A stretch of DNA of 64,000 bases, from assembly GCA_030390025.1 (NCBI GenBank), contig CM059432.1:98396001-98460000 (forward strand), written 5' to 3'. Under the pieces are notes generated by a model that saw only the letters and a program-made list of their open reading frames with translations, was not told the DNA's origin and did no database searches. Every line of letters starts with the position of its first letter. Positions within the stretch are counted from its first letter, which is position 1. Positions 1 to 13,388 of the stretch are shown piece after piece. This stretch comes from Squalus acanthias (lineage: Eukaryota). The translations under genes and the position numbers were made by a program.

Positions 1-600
1 ATGGCTTAGGGCCTAGATGGCTGATGGTGGGGTGAAAGGAGTGGGGTTACACAAAAGGCCAGAATGGGAGGAATGCAGAGTTGTTGGAGGGTTGTAGGCC
101 TGGAAGAGATAACAGAGATAGGGAGGGACAAACCCATGAATTTGAAGATGATAATGTAAATTGGAGGTTTTGGGAGACCAGGAACCAAAGGTAATCAAGC
201 ACAGGATTGATGGGTGAGTAGGACTTGGTGTGGATTAGGATGTGGATTAGGATGCAGGCACTAGAGATTTGTATGAGTTGATTTTTATGGAGGTTGGGTG
301 ATGGGAGGCCGACAGTAAAGCATTGGAATAGTCGAGTCTACAGGCGAGAAAGGCGTGGGTTACAGATTTGGCAGCAAATGGGCAATGTTAAGGAGGTGGA
401 AGTAGGCAATCTTTTGATGGAGAGGATATAGGGTCAGAAGCTCAGCTCAGGGTCAAATAGTTTACCAAAGTTGCGAACAGTCGGCATCAACCTGAGACAG
501 TGGCCGGAGAGGGGGAGAGAATTGTTGGCGAGGGTATAGAGTTTGTGGTGGGAGAGAAGATGATGACTTCAGACTTCTCGATGTTTAACTGAAGGATGCA
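1..600 (-). mobile_element. Degenerate L2-clade LINE 3' fragment
   Basis: Reverse complement resembles the RT C-terminal/3' region of the long L2 copy at about 57700-58387; boundaries approximate. Confidence 0.65.
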
Positions 601-2211
601 GGATACTCAATCATGTTTAGACCCATGACTAATAAGCGACCGAGATTGCTGGGAAATCATTTTTGTGTGTAAATTCACAGAAGGGGGATAGTAAGAAAAT
701 TATTTCCATGGTGTTAAGCTCATTTCTGCACTATTTTTCTTTTTTTTTTCTGCAGTCACTTAGCCTTTGTGGTAATTGTTCTGCTGGTCTTTATTCCCCC
801 CGACAGCACCATTAGCTATTCAACCACCTCATACAGCACCACCTCCACTTCAGGAGCCATCAATTGGCGGGGGCGTGCTGGAATGGTCAGGTGATGGGAT
901 GCTCAGTTACCTGCCTGCAGACTTGCACCTGTACATTGGGTTTCTCTTCCCTTCATTTCTATCCGTCAATAATCATTTAAGAGCAAATTTGCTAATCCCA
1001 TGTTCCGAGTGGAGATCTGTTCTCAGTGGGAGTGCAGACACATTTCAACTGCAGCTCCCTGGTCAGGTCTGGGGCTCAGTGAATTTACCATTTAGCACTT
1101 TAACCACTTTCAGTTTTGATTTTAATTTCAACCTCATTTACATGCTTAAGGGATCTGAATTCTGCTATGATAACAGCCTTGTTATTATAAAATTGCTTAC
1201 TGTTGCATTGGGATTCTGCAGCTATTTCTAGTTCTCCCTTTGCCCATCTAATTAATCTAAAAAATATTTTTAGGTGGTCCCTGTATTCTTCTCATTGGTC
1301 TCCCTCAATTTCTACCTACTGACTTATAAAGTTTCTTTTTCTTACTTATTTCACTTTATATTGTCCGGTTAACTCAATTAGAATTTGGGCTTACAGTGAG
1401 AAATATCTATTTTGTAATTAAGTTATCATGGCTAATATATTAGAGCATTACTAAAAGGTTGTAATGTTGCTCTGTATTTATTTATCTATCACCTCACCTT
1501 CAAAATTCACAGTTATCCATGATGTGCATATATACTCTGTCATTTAAAGCAGGGAGATATATATAAGCCTCAAAATTCAAAATCAGTTTAGCGAGATGAC
1601 TGGGCCAAATGGCACATTGAAACTGTCATGAGGGCTACTGATGTTACTGATGCATGCTATATACCTTGGTAAAGTACCCTTACAGACACCATGGCCGGAA
1701 TTTTTAGGGGGGTCAGTGAGGGCATTTGGAGGCGGGTCGGCTGGGAAAATGTTTTTTTTTTGACAAGAGTAGGGAACCCGCTGTCAAACCGCCTCCATCG
1801 CAGAACAGGCCTGACACCAAGTGGCGGGGGAGGCATTTGACATCATTAGATACATTGTTAAGAGCCAATTAAGTAGTATTTTATGCCTACCTTTCAATTT
1901 TACGTGTTCCCCCACAGCTTCCCCACTACTCGGGGATCACGTCATGTCAGGAGGTCGGGTGTTGTGTCAGCATGTGATGATTTCTTCATTTGACAGCTAC
2001 AATTGGTCTATAAAAGCTTCGATTTCATCAGTCTTCACTTTCCAAGCTCAGAAGCTGTTGCTTACTGCATTTGGAAGATGGATTGAGCTTTATGCAGGTT
2101 GCAAGTGTTTGGAGCAAACTCTCTATCCAATGTCACCTCATTGGAACAACCTCTCTCACCATTGACAGATCGCTTCTGTCATCTCAACCTCACCTGCCAT
2201 CTATTCCATCA

Positions 2212-2803
2212 TGAGAAGTCGCACAACACCAGGTTATAGTCCAACAGTTTTATTTAAAATTACGAGCTTTCGGAGCTCCGCTCCTTCTTCAGGTACAGGT
2301 ACAGTGAGGGAATCGATTACACAGTATATATACACAGAGAACAATGTGTCTGCAGAGATACAATCTGTTAGGGAGGCATTACATCAAAGACACATCAGAG
2401 TACAGCTAAGACAATAAGATGGGTCACAGGGGGTCCAACGTGTCAAATGCTGCCGTCTGCAGTTAAGCTTTTAACTTTTTTTTTAAAAACTGGAAAAACA
2501 GACAACGATGTCGAGTCACGTTCTGTAGCGTGACATGAACCCGAGATCCCTATTGAGGCCATCCTCATGGGTGCGGAACTTGGCTATCAGTTTCTGCTCG
2601 ATGATTTTGCGTTGTCGTGTGTCTCGAAGGCCGTCTTGGAGAACGCTAACCCGCAGATCCTAGGCTGAATGTCCTTGACTGCTGAAGTGTTCCCCGACTT
2701 GGAGTTAACAATCCTGCCTGGTGATTGTTGCACGGTGTCCGTTCATACGTTGTCTCAGTGTCTGCATGGTCTCGCCGATGTACCATGAATAGATATGTAC
2801 CAT
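2212..2803 (-). mobile_element. 5'-truncated Penelope-like element, family B (GIY-YIG C-terminus plus pLTR)
   Basis: Minus-strand translation WYIGETMQTLRQRMNGHR...VGEHFS...EQKLIAKFRTHEDGLNRDLGF with two stops; 13-bp TSD ATCTATTCCATCA at 2199-2211 and 2804-2816. Confidence 0.85.
2261..2295 (-). ncRNA. Minimal type I hammerhead ribozyme motif (PLE family B)
   Basis: Minus strand TAC-CTGAAGA-A-GGAGC-GGA-GCTCC-GAAAGC-TC-GTA: stem I, CUGANGA core, stem II, GAAA, palindromic AGCU stem III, CUC cleavage triplet. Confidence 0.8.
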
Positions 2804-3796
2804 ATCTATTCCATCAGCATCGGTGCCCTTGAAAAAATCTCATCTTGATCCTCAGACTCCCACCATGATCAGCCCCAACACCAGCACCACCAGGCAGACG
2901 AGCAGCACCAACAACAACACCAACCTTCTCCGCAATCAGCTGGTGCTGCACAGGACAGAGGGCATCAGTACCTGACCACATTGTTGCCCAGGATGGCCTC
3001 ACCATGGCCAGATGCACTTCACTTGACGCTGTACACCCTGGCTGCCACATGATACGCCAGGTTGGCACCACCCCACACCAGCACCATAACGCATCCCTAC
3101 AATGCCCAAGCCATTACTTTCACACTCATCGCCATTGCGGGGGGTACCGTTATGTCTCACCAGTCACTGCAACTCACGAAGCCACTTCCAAAGGTGCACA
3201 CAAATCTGTCCAAGAACACAAAGTGTTGAAAATAAAGGTTTCAATGTTTGACACCACATTAACAGAAACTTTACATGAATATTGCATAAAACACCCAAGT
3301 GCCTACCCTTGTGTGCTGTTAGTTGGTATGATTGCACTAGGATGAGGGTGAGTGTGAGGGGTGGCTAGTGAGATGGGGATGTGATAATGTAGATAGAGAG
3401 GGATGGGTGGAGGTGCAAGGTAAGTTGTTGTGATTAAGGATGTGCAGGATTAGGGTAGGGAAGGCAGAGTGATGGGGATGTGATGAGTGGCACAGCAGGA
3501 TGAGGTTGAGTGTGGTTTTGCAGTAACGTTTCGTGATCTACTGAGATCATTGAAAGGTTTGCGACACTACAGCCTGGTCCTCCTGACCACATCCCTGCTT
3601 GTGTCCTCCTGTGCAAAGTGCAACCAGGCTGCATTGGTCTCCTGGGAATGTCTCTTCCGCCCATGGGAAGGGAAGAGAACCTCCCTGCGTGCTGTGACTC
3701 CTTCCATAAGCATATGGAGGGAGTCATGGGAGAGCCTGGGTACAGCCGTGCACCTTTGTGCAGTGATTGTCAGTGTTTGCAGCACCTCAATATAGG

Positions 3797-4170
3797 TCAG
3801 CGAGAACAGGAATGATGAGTGAACGGGACTTAGTGAGAGTTAAGACATGGGCAGCAGAGCTTTGGATGAGCTCAAATTTATGGAGGGTGGAAGATGGGAA
3901 GCTGGCCAGGAGAGGATTGAAATTTGAGTTTGGAGGTAACAAAAGCATAGATGAGGGTTTCAGCAGCAGATGGGCTGAGGCGGGGCGGAAATGGGAGATA
4001 TTATGGAGGTGCAAGTAGGCGGTCTTTCTGATGAAGAGGATATGGGGTAGGAAGATCATCTCAGGGTCAAATAAGACATTGAGGTTGCGAACAGTGTGGT
4101 TCAGCCTGAGAGAGGCCAGGGAGGGGGATGAAATCGGTGGCTAGAGAACCGATTTTGTAGCGGACAGCGA
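3797..4170 (-). mobile_element. L2 LINE fragment (RT C-terminal region)
   Basis: ORF 3787-4059(-) AYLHLHNISHFRP...ELIQSSAAHVLT matches 57345-58415 AYFHLRNIARLRP...EVIQNSAARVLT. Confidence 0.75.
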
Positions 4171-5058
4171 GCAGGATCATCAATAACAACAACAATTTGC
4201 ATTTATATAGTGTCTCTAATGTAAGAAAATGTACTAAGGCGCTGCACAGGAGTGTAAAATTGATTCCAAGCCAAAGAAGAAGATATTAGGAGGGGTGTCT
4301 AAAAGCTTGGTCAATTAAGTAGGTTTTAAGGAGAGGAGGATGGGGCAGTTGACTTTGTGGCTCTTAAGGAGGCAGCAATGCGTGCTTTCATGTTCCATAC
4401 GAAGAATACTGAGAGAGGCAGAGAGGAAAGTTGTTGACTTATCCAAGAGGGAGTCAAGTTTGGGGTGGTGGCAAGAGAGTAGGACTGTAGAGAAATATTG
4501 AAGGGTTGGGGTAGGAAATTGGGGGTTAGCCAAAAAGTGCATGCAAGTGGACACAGACAAAATTCAGGTTACCATAGTCATGGCAAATTTGATGATAGTT
4601 ATGTGTTAGTTATAAGGAGAAAATAGACAAGCCAGAAATACAAACATTGCTTTATGTTTTATACCTGACTTAGTGGAGGAGATTTTGATCTGGGCCCATT
4701 TTCATTTCCCAAAGATGGAACAACACCCATTTCCAAAAAAAACAGTTTAAAGGATTCTGGAAAGTACCTAACAATCTGATAACCATTTGTTCCGTTAGAT
4801 AGAGAAAATCAGTGAAAGTTAAGTGTTGTATTGCTACCTAATCTGCTGATTTGTCCTTGATTCTGCATAATTTTACTTCTCTGATGTCAGGGTGGTATTT
4901 TCTGCTGATTTGCAGAAATCTGGAGGACACAATGGGCAGGTGGCTGTACTATTTCTGGAGCATACGTCAGTGATTTAAGTGTTCTCCTGTGGTATTTTAT
5001 CTCACATAATTCAAGCATATGTTTGGTGTAGGTTCATAGACTTGCCTATGTAAGTTAA

Positions 5059-5830
5059 TGGCCCAGAAATTCGGGTCGGAGGCTTTCCGCGGGTGCAAGC
5101 ATAGCGGGTGCACTTACATAGCGCGCCTGCCATTGTGCTGTGGGCCCGCGTGGGATTCCGATCCTGGGCCTCCTCCAGCTGCTGGTGTGCAGTGCTTGTG
5201 TATCCCAGGGGCGCAGCTAGTTAGCAGCGTCCCCTGGGTTCACGTGGGCGTGGGCCATGGGGAGCCAATCGGAGCAGGGAATCTCCATTCATAGATTTGA
5301 CAGGAAGACCTGTCAAATCTATGAATACAGATCGGCCCCAAAACCTAAGTAAAACTTCAAATACATTTTTTAAAAAACATCACATTTTTTAAATAACTAT
5401 AAATTACATAAATTAACTACTTCAAACAAAAATTTTAATTTTTGAAAAAGTGTATTAAAGTTTTTAACAGGGCTAAAAATAAACTTACCTTTCTTTAAAG
5501 TATTTAAAAATGATAAACCTGTGGAAAAAATGTTTCAATTTTACTTAATTCACCTCTTACCTTGTTAAAAGCAAGCCTTGCGCCTGCTTTTTCTACGCGC
5601 AGCTGCTAGGGACTTACCCGCACGGAGAAACCTGTAAAAAAAGCCGAAGTTCGCTGCATACGCGCTGCCTCTCCCGTGCACGTGGTTGACCCGCGAACCC
5701 CTTCCTTTAAGAGACTGGAAGTTCCGGTTTCCCATGCATGGGCAGTGCATGCGCGAAACCGGCACTTCCTGTGGCCCTACGGGTGAGTACACATTGCGTA
5801 CTCACCCGTGGGGACCTGAATTTCTGGCCC
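5059..5830. mobile_element. Harbinger-type MITE
   Basis: TIR GGCCCAGAAATTC...GAATTTCTGGCCC with 3-bp TSD AAT; a partial homologue lies at 58388-58917. Confidence 0.7.
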
Positions 5831-6817
5831 AATATTTTAGCATTGAGCATAAGTCAAAAGAATTGGGAAGAAGTCTGAATTGTAATTCAAGAATTGAGTA
5901 CCTAAAAATACTATTTTATGCCGAGTGCATGCAAGTAAATATTTTTATTTATTGGCAAGTATGAACAGAACAAGTGAGAAGTGGTCAACAGAGCCAGAGT
6001 TCAGTAATGAATATATTGGACTAACATGCTGTGATGAAGAACATTTGCTTATAGTACCCTCTGTTTAGCCTTGACTCGTAAGTTATATTGATGCCAAATA
6101 ATTTTGTTAAGCCTGCCTTGGATTTGATTAGATTTTTCAGCTCTATCAGGACATGCTTTTAAAACTTTTTGGTTTCTTACAAACTGCTTCCACTTTTTAA
6201 ACCGTGTCCAACAGCCACAATTCACAGCCTCCGTCTAACATCATGGCAGAAAACATGTCAGGACACAGTTAATGATTTTACACACACACAAAACATTATT
6301 TAACCTCTGTCTTTATGGGAAGCACGTTGGCTGGAGGTAGAACTTTGGTGTCGCATGGGGTAAGGGTTCCTCTCTGCGCTATGGAAAACAAAATAACAAA
6401 TTTGTTTATAATGAAGAGTGCACAGAGGAAAAGTCAGAAAAATTCTCCCTTCCCGTGGACGGAGCAGCACATTTTGTTCCTCTGTGCATGTGTGACCCAT
6501 TTGTTTTGAAAGGAAAAACAAATCTCGCTAAATCTGAGTTTTGAAGAATGCATTTAGAAAGAACCAATTCATAACCCAGCAAGTTTTTTTTTCATTTAAC
6601 TTTCAGGGTCATTGCCAAGGTACAAGGCTTTCTGAAATTTCAAAGCTATGATAGTAACCCCAGTAAAAATAACTGAGCTTTGTAGAGGAAGGAAATTAAA
6701 ATAACCTCCTGCCGTCCAACTGAGGGGACTATAGTTGAGTATGATTGCAATCGATGAACAATTCAGTATAGGAATTATAAAAATTCTGGCTACAGTGTGA
6801 AATTGAATGCTAAATCG

Positions 6818-7580
6818 CATCACACACAAGTGCCAGGCAATGACCATCTCCAACAAGAGAAAGTCTAACCACCTTCCTTTGACATTCAATGGCTTTACCA
6901 TCATCAAATCCCTCACCATCAACATCCTGGGGGGATCACCATTGACCAGAAACTTAACTGGACCAACCACATAATTACTGTGGCAACAAGAGCAGGTCAG
7001 AGGCTAGGTATTCTGTAGCGAGTGTCTCACCTCCTGACTCCCCAAAGCCTTTCCACCATCTACAGGGCACAAGTAAGGAGTGTGATGGAATACTCTCCAC
7101 TTGTCTGGATGAGCACAGCTCCAACAACACTCAAAAAGCTCGACACCATCCAGGACAAAGCAGCCGGCTTGATTGGCACCCCATCCACCACCTTAAACAT
7201 TCACTCCTTCCACCACCGGCGTACCGTGGCTGCAGTGTGTACCATCTACAAGATGCACTGCAGCAACTCACCAAGGCTTCTTCGGCAGCACCTCCCAAAC
7301 CTGCAACCTCTACCACCTAGAAGGACAAGGACAGCAGGCGCATGGGAACACCACCACCTCCAAGTTCCCCTCCAAGTCACACACCATCCTGACTTGGAAC
7401 TATAGCGTAGTTTCTTCAAAGTCGCTGGGTCAAAATTGGGAACTCCCTACCTAACAGCACTATGGGAGTACCTTCACTACACGGACTGCAGCGGTTCAAG
7501 AAGGCGGCTCACCACCACCTTCTCAAGGGGAATTATGGATAGGCAATAAATACTGGCCTTGCCAGCGACACCCATATTGT
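6818..7580 (+). mobile_element. 5'-truncated non-LTR retrotransposon (CR1/L2 group), RT C-terminus and 3' UTR
   Basis: ORF 7022-7405 LSTIYRAQVRSVMEYSPLVW...LDTIQDKAAGLIG is a typical post-RT region; AATAAA near the 3' end. Confidence 0.75.
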
Positions 7581-8355
7581 TGAATAGCTGCCAATGTGTG
7601 TGAGCTGTGACTTGTGAGTGCAAGGCTTTCAACTGTGCAAAGTGTATGAGGGTAAGGTAAAGTATATGAATTGAAAGGTTGAGCACTGATTGATAGAGAT
7701 TGTTGGTAGGTGGGATATGGGGGTGTAGAGAATTGAGCACCGGATGCAGCTAGTGGTGCAGGTGGTAGGATATGCCATTTGAAGATAAAGTCACTAACCT
7801 TGATAACTCGTATCAAATCGTTAAACTTCTTCCTGCACTGCATCCATGTTCTTGGAGCAACACTCCTGGCATTGACCTCTGTCATTACTTCATCATACTG
7901 CCTCCTGAGCATATGTCTGGAGGGCCTCCAGCCGCACTCCTATACACCCCGCCCCCCGCCCCTCCCCCTCCCCCCTCCCCCCCCAAGGATACAGGATGTC
8001 TCTCCTTCTCTCCACGTCTTGCACCAAGACCTCCAGTGCATTGTCACAATAGCTTGGTGATCGCTCTCACAAGTTGAGCAATTCCTCAAAGCATCACAGC
8101 ACAGATTCACGTTTTGAAAAACTTACATCACTTCTTGCAGATGCAGTTTAAGAGCTGCATGCTGCTTTTAAGTAGTGTTAACCACTCGCGATATCGGGCC
8201 TCCTTCTGATGCATGCAGCCAATAAGCAGGTGAGTAGTGCTGGCTGCACGCAGCTATCATTTAAAACAGCAGACAGCACAAATTTAATGTGCTGCCCGCA
8301 TTGTAATGAATGGGCACGGGTTAATTGTTTTCGGGGGTTAGTCAATTTAACCCCC
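7580..8355 (-). mobile_element. Harbinger-derived element carrying a Myb/SANT-like exon remnant
   Basis: ORF 7523-7912(-) EVNARSVAPRTWMQCRKKFNDLIRVIK is a Myb/SANT-like helix; the right end AATTTAACCCCC resembles the family TIRs. Confidence 0.65.
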
Positions 8356-8824
8356 ATTGTTTATTGAAGGTACTGACTTTGAAAAATAGCTGGGATCAAA
8401 GTGAATATAGTCTGTCATTAGAAGTGACTACACCAACCACAGTATCACAGCAATTAAACAGTACCTTCACCTTAAGTTTTTATTGATTTATTGTTAACAT
8501 GGGCTTGTTGTTAAATTGATAGATAAATAAAATTATTTTTGGAGTAAAGAGGTATTTTTCCTAAGATTTCAAGCTTTCTCTGAAAAATTGTTGGAAAGAT
8601 TTTCTGGGAAGTTCACTTGAGGTGCATTAGCCCAGTCATTGAGTAGTCTAACGTCCTATTATCATCTAACTAGGAATTATGCGAAATTACATAACAATTA
8701 CTGCATTATTTTGCCTATTTAACAGTGAGAGTACTTTACAGAAAGTATCATACAGGAAATCATTTACAAAATGAAGTTTCTGATTTCCAGAATATACGGA
8801 GAACAGTTAATGCATGAAAGTTAA

Positions 8825-9358
8825 ACATAGAAACATAGAAGATAGGAGCAGGAGTAGGCCATTCGGCCCCTCGAGCCTGCTCCGCCATTCAATGAGATCA
8901 TGGCTGATCATCCAAATTCAGTACCCTGTCCCTGCCTTTTCCCCAACATCCCTTGATCCCTTTAGCCTTAAGAAATATATCTAACTCCTTCTTGAATATA
9001 TTTAATGAAGTGGCCTCCACTGCCTTCTGTGGTAGAGAATTCCACAGGTTCACCACTCTCTGGGTGAAGAAATTCCTCCTCATCTCTGTCCTAAATGGCT
9101 TACCCCTTATCCTTAGACTGTGACCCTGGTTCTGGACTCCTCCGCCATCGGGAACATCCTTCCTGCATCTAGTCTGTCTGGTCCTGTTAGAATTTTATAA
9201 GTTTCAATGAGATCCCCTCTCATTCTTCTAAACTCCAGCGAATATAAGCCTAATCGACCCAATCTCTCTTCATACGTCATTCCTGCCATCCCAGGTATCA
9301 GCCTGGTGAATCTTCGCTGCACTCCCTCCATGGCAAGAACATCCTTCCTCAGATAAGG
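8825..9358 (-). mobile_element. CR1 LINE 3' fragment
   Basis: PYLRKDVLAMEGVQRRFTRLIPGM...RRNFFTQRVVNLWNSLP followed by an (TTTCTATG)n tail. Confidence 0.9.
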
Positions 9359-9976
9359 AAGAGATATTTTCATTAAAGGTAATGGAGCCATATGAACATT
9401 GCAATAATGGAACATATAGTAAAAAAGAGTAACTGAATTATACAAAGGAAGCACTCAGCACTTGTTTTCAAGAATACGTGATGGATGCTTTTGAACATTA
9501 TGGCTGAGAGAGTAAAGTGTGTATTTAAAAATTAATGTTATTGCTGAAGTTTATATAGTGATTGGTAGTACAAAATGAAGCAAAGAAAGATTTTTATCAG
9601 TTTATCAAGGTCAATAAGTCTTCCTACGGATCATCCATATATTTTATTGGATTAATTATGTATTTTTCATTGTAAAATAGAGGGATAATTTTAACTCCCT
9701 CCACCTGATGAAAACCATGAGGAATGGGAGTTAAAATCCAAGCGGTACACTGACCGTTCATTTCCCGCCCTGCCGCTATTTGAACATTGCTGTTTCCTTG
9801 GTTGGCTGAGCCACCCACCTAACTCAGGCAGGAAGCTCACAGAAATATGCAAATTGGGGTCCAATCACTTAGAGGGGACTGCTGTGACATTCTAACTGGC
9901 TGCTGAGCGGCTCACCTTTCACGGACGTCCTGCTCAACCTGGCAGACACACAGCTGTCAAGTAAGTTTAAAACTTA

Positions 9977-11486
9977 GGGGGAGAAATTCATTATAGCCCA
10001 GGAATGGGCGCTAACTGTAGAAAAGTTTGAAATTTAACGCCAGGCACTAATGATTCAGACTGCGTGCAAAAATCAGTCTCATTGCTGAAAGAAAGGATTG
10101 GAGCACGAAATCAAGTGCTAATGGCCCAGCTCTGTGGCATTCAACTCAAAGCGCTGACCAATATCGGGTGCAGTCTAATCTCAAGTCAGCATCGCCACAG
10201 GTTTTTCCCAGTACTTAAAGGGGAGGTTCATTGCTGCTGCAGCACCTCATTCTCAGCAATGCTGGCTGTGCAGCTGCCTTAGCAAGGGGAAGCACAACAA
10301 GGAGAAGGAGCCAGAGGACTGAAGCAGGTGTGCTCATGGCAGATCCACCTCAGTTGGGTGGTCAGGGTGATTGAATGCTTCAACAAATGCTACATACCAC
10401 CATCTGTACCACAGACTTCACACACTGCCCAAAGCACCAGACCCCCAGCACGCACACACCAACAATCTCTACCTACCAACACTCACACCCACATCTCACA
10501 CCTTGCACACAATGACAGCTATTCAACTATGGCAGGTGCAAGGGTCATTAGTTGTTGGAATGATTGTGATATGTTTATGCATAAATGTATTCATGGAGTT
10601 TGCAATATTTTGTGGTCTCTCTCATTTCAACTTTGTGCCCAGGAGGACACTGTGATATGGCATGACAGAGGGATGGCATGATGGGCATGTGGTGAGCAAA
10701 AGGGATCTGGGGTTTAAGTCATCCTGGTGTGAGGCTGGAAGTCTGTTTGGAGGAGGTGGCAGAGTTCTGTGACCACCACATTGGAGCCCTTTAATACACT
10801 GCTCCTTGCTTCATTGAAGGTAGGAGAATTGCTGTCGGAATATCCTCAGAGGGTAAGGCCTCCTGTTGAGAACCTTAATGGCCCTCTTCCTCCCTCTGGC
10901 CAAATGTTCCAATCTTTCTCACTGCCTCCGCTCCCTCCGCAGTAGATCCTGGAGGGCGAGGTCGACTGTCAGTACAGCCCCCATTAATGTTACCAAGTGT
11001 CGCACTTTGATATGTTGTCAGAATAAATGTAACTAATTTTAAGAGCCACAACACTCCTGAAACCTTTAAAATGACTGTGCAACAGCTTAATTCATTCTCA
11101 AACTGACAAGGAAGCAGTGAAACAGCACAAACCTGACAGCTGCGACTTATAACTCATGATCCCTTTAAGTAACGTCCCTAGAGCTGGCATCCACCTGCTT
11201 GATGCCTCCTTTCCCTGTCGCTGTCGGGGTGAGGTGCTAAGGCAGGGGGGGTGGGGGGAATTAATTTGGCAGATCGGGCACCCAGTGAGCGTTGCACGCT
11301 CACTGACATCATGATCTGCCTGGCGTTGATGTCCCCAGCGGTAACTGTTAGCCTGTGGCGCTATGGGGGGGCCAGATTTGGCGTGTGGTGCTGGATTCAC
11401 CTCGCCCTGGTGCTACTGCATCAGCGCCCCATTTGCGCCCCCGCCAGGCACTAGCGGGAGGTGCTGACCAACTGAATTTCTCCTCC
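9977..11486. mobile_element. Harbinger-type non-autonomous element, apparently nested in an older related element (about 9680-11900)
   Basis: TIR GGGGGAGAAATTCA...TGAATTTCTCCTCC with canonical TTA TSD (9974-9976 and 11487-11489). Confidence 0.75.
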
Positions 11487-12794
11487 TTAGTTTTGTGAGG
11501 CCCGGAGGAGCAGCGGTGCTCCTCCAGGCACTACAAAGATAGTTTGGATGGCTGCCGCCTCAGGCCTACCTCCTTTCGCATCCACAAAATCCCCCCATCC
11601 CCTCCACCTTGACTTATGTGACTGCCAGCCTGGTGGCCTCTGGGCCTCCCGATCTCTCTAGGCCAAAGCCGGTGCGCTGCCTCAAGATGCATGTATCTGG
11701 CAGGCAGCTGGCCAGCGGGTTGATGAGGCCCATCTCTATAAATAACGGTACATTGACAGTAGAGGGTTGGGAGGGGGCGTGTGGCGGAAGAAATATTTGC
11801 AGCCCCTCCATCAGAATTTCTCAATGAGGTCCTAATGGAATCAGTTCTTGGCTCAAATTTCTCCCTCCTGCCTACCCACATTATGTTAATTCTTTGCCTT
11901 AAGCCGACTGGAATTTCTATTTCCTGTATATCAAAACCAACTGTAAGCTGGGCATGGTACTAATAAAACAAAATTGGGGGACCTATCATGCAGCTAAAGG
12001 TTTGTAAACAGATTTCTATCAGTGATGCAATTGGTCACACTCGTGACAAATTAAACACAGATAATTATAAAATATTTCAGAGCTCGAAAAAGTATGACCC
12101 AAAAGCAATGGATCTCTTTATATTTACTCTTTTTTTCTGTGATCCATTAGTTTTATCTGTTTCTTGATTGATTAATCTTCTTTGTAAATAAAGTTTGGCA
12201 CTTCCTGTTGTGGGGGTCGATTTTACCTTGATTTGCCTGGTGTTAACGGGATGATAATGGCCTTCAGTGGGGTCCCTAGCCTTAACGTCCTGTTAACCTC
12301 GATGATGCAGCTGGCGCCATTTTGAAAGGGGCCGACCACTGGGCCTAGTATTTAATATGTAAATTGGGGTCCTGGGACCCTGATGGCCATTTTAGGTTTG
12401 AAATGGTTGGAGCATATGCTGTGCATATTCCAATAATTTCCACGGACAAAAGACTTGAAGAGGCCCAGCCAAGATACGTTTGATATTTTTCTTGTGGGGT
12501 GTGAAAGAGCAGGAGTGCTCCTCTGGCCCCCATTAATATAGTTTGGGCCGTTCCGATCAGCCCGGGCTTCGCCCAGCCGCCCCCCCCATCCCCCAACCAC
12601 GATTGTGAACCCCACCCCGCATTTACCTTGATGGTGGCTGATATTGGCCAGCCTTAATCTGACAAGCTGCATCTGGATAGGTGCTTAGCACCCCACTGCT
12701 CATTGGCCCAATGTAAATGAGACTCGTGCTGCAAAATTGCAGCTGCCTGTTGATCGCCCAAAAGTCAAATTTAACCCAGCATGAAATATTGGAT

Positions 12795-13224
12795 CCAGGA
12801 CCGGCAACGCCTCAATTTTTAAATTCTCATCCTTGATTTCAAGTCCCTCCATGGACTCGCCCCTCCCGATCTCTGTAACCTCCTCCAGCCCTACAACCCT
12901 CTGAGATCTCTGCGCTCCTCCAATTCTGGTCTCTTGCACATCCCTGATTTTTATCGCTCCACCATTGGCAGCTTGTGCCTACAGCTGCGGAGACCCTAAA
13001 CTCTGGAATACCCTCCCTACACCTCTCTGCCTCTCTACCTATCACTCCTCCTTTGATTCGCTCCTTCAAACCTACCTCTTTGATCAAGCTTTTGGTCAGC
13101 TGTCCTAATATCTCCTTCTTTGGTTCAATGTCAATTTTTATTGTTTGATTATACTCCTGTGAAGCACTTAGGGTCGATCTACTATGTTAAAGGCACTATA
13201 TAAATGCAAGTTGTTGTTGTTGTT
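12795..13224 (+). mobile_element. L2 LINE 3' end
   Basis: Matches 58150-58387 and 25730-26101; ends in TATATAAATGCAAG(TTG)n. Confidence 0.8.
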
Positions 13225-13289
13225 TTGATGTCCTGAGCAATCAATCGTCTGTTTTTGTATTGCTGAAGCCTGCAAACAATACAATAATA

Positions 13290-13388
13290 TGTATACAGTG
13301 AATGTATTGAACTGTGTATACAGTGAATGTATTGAACTGTGTATACAGTGAATGTGTTGAACTGTGTATACAGTGAATGTGTTGAACT
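13290..13388. repeat. Minisatellite, 25-bp unit x4
   Basis: TGTATACAGTGAATGT(A/G)TTGAACTG repeated. Confidence 0.9.

Larger units (their letters stand above)
1693..3795. mobile_element. Non-autonomous PIF/Harbinger-derived element (Myb/SANT remnant on - strand), interrupted by a Penelope-like fragment and truncated by L2
   Basis: Homologous in reverse orientation to 22553-24315. ORF 3567-3785(-) PRLSHDSLHMLMEGVTARREVLFPSHGRKR...AWLHFAQEDTSRDVVRRT resembles the Myb/SANT-like domain of Harbinger DNA-binding proteins. Confidence 0.65.

Noticed and set aside
6300..6400. Minus-strand acceptor followed by a short possible exon (similar weak candidates near 13470 and 22206)
   Set aside because: No recognisable peptide in any frame and no convincing donor; not supportable without expression data
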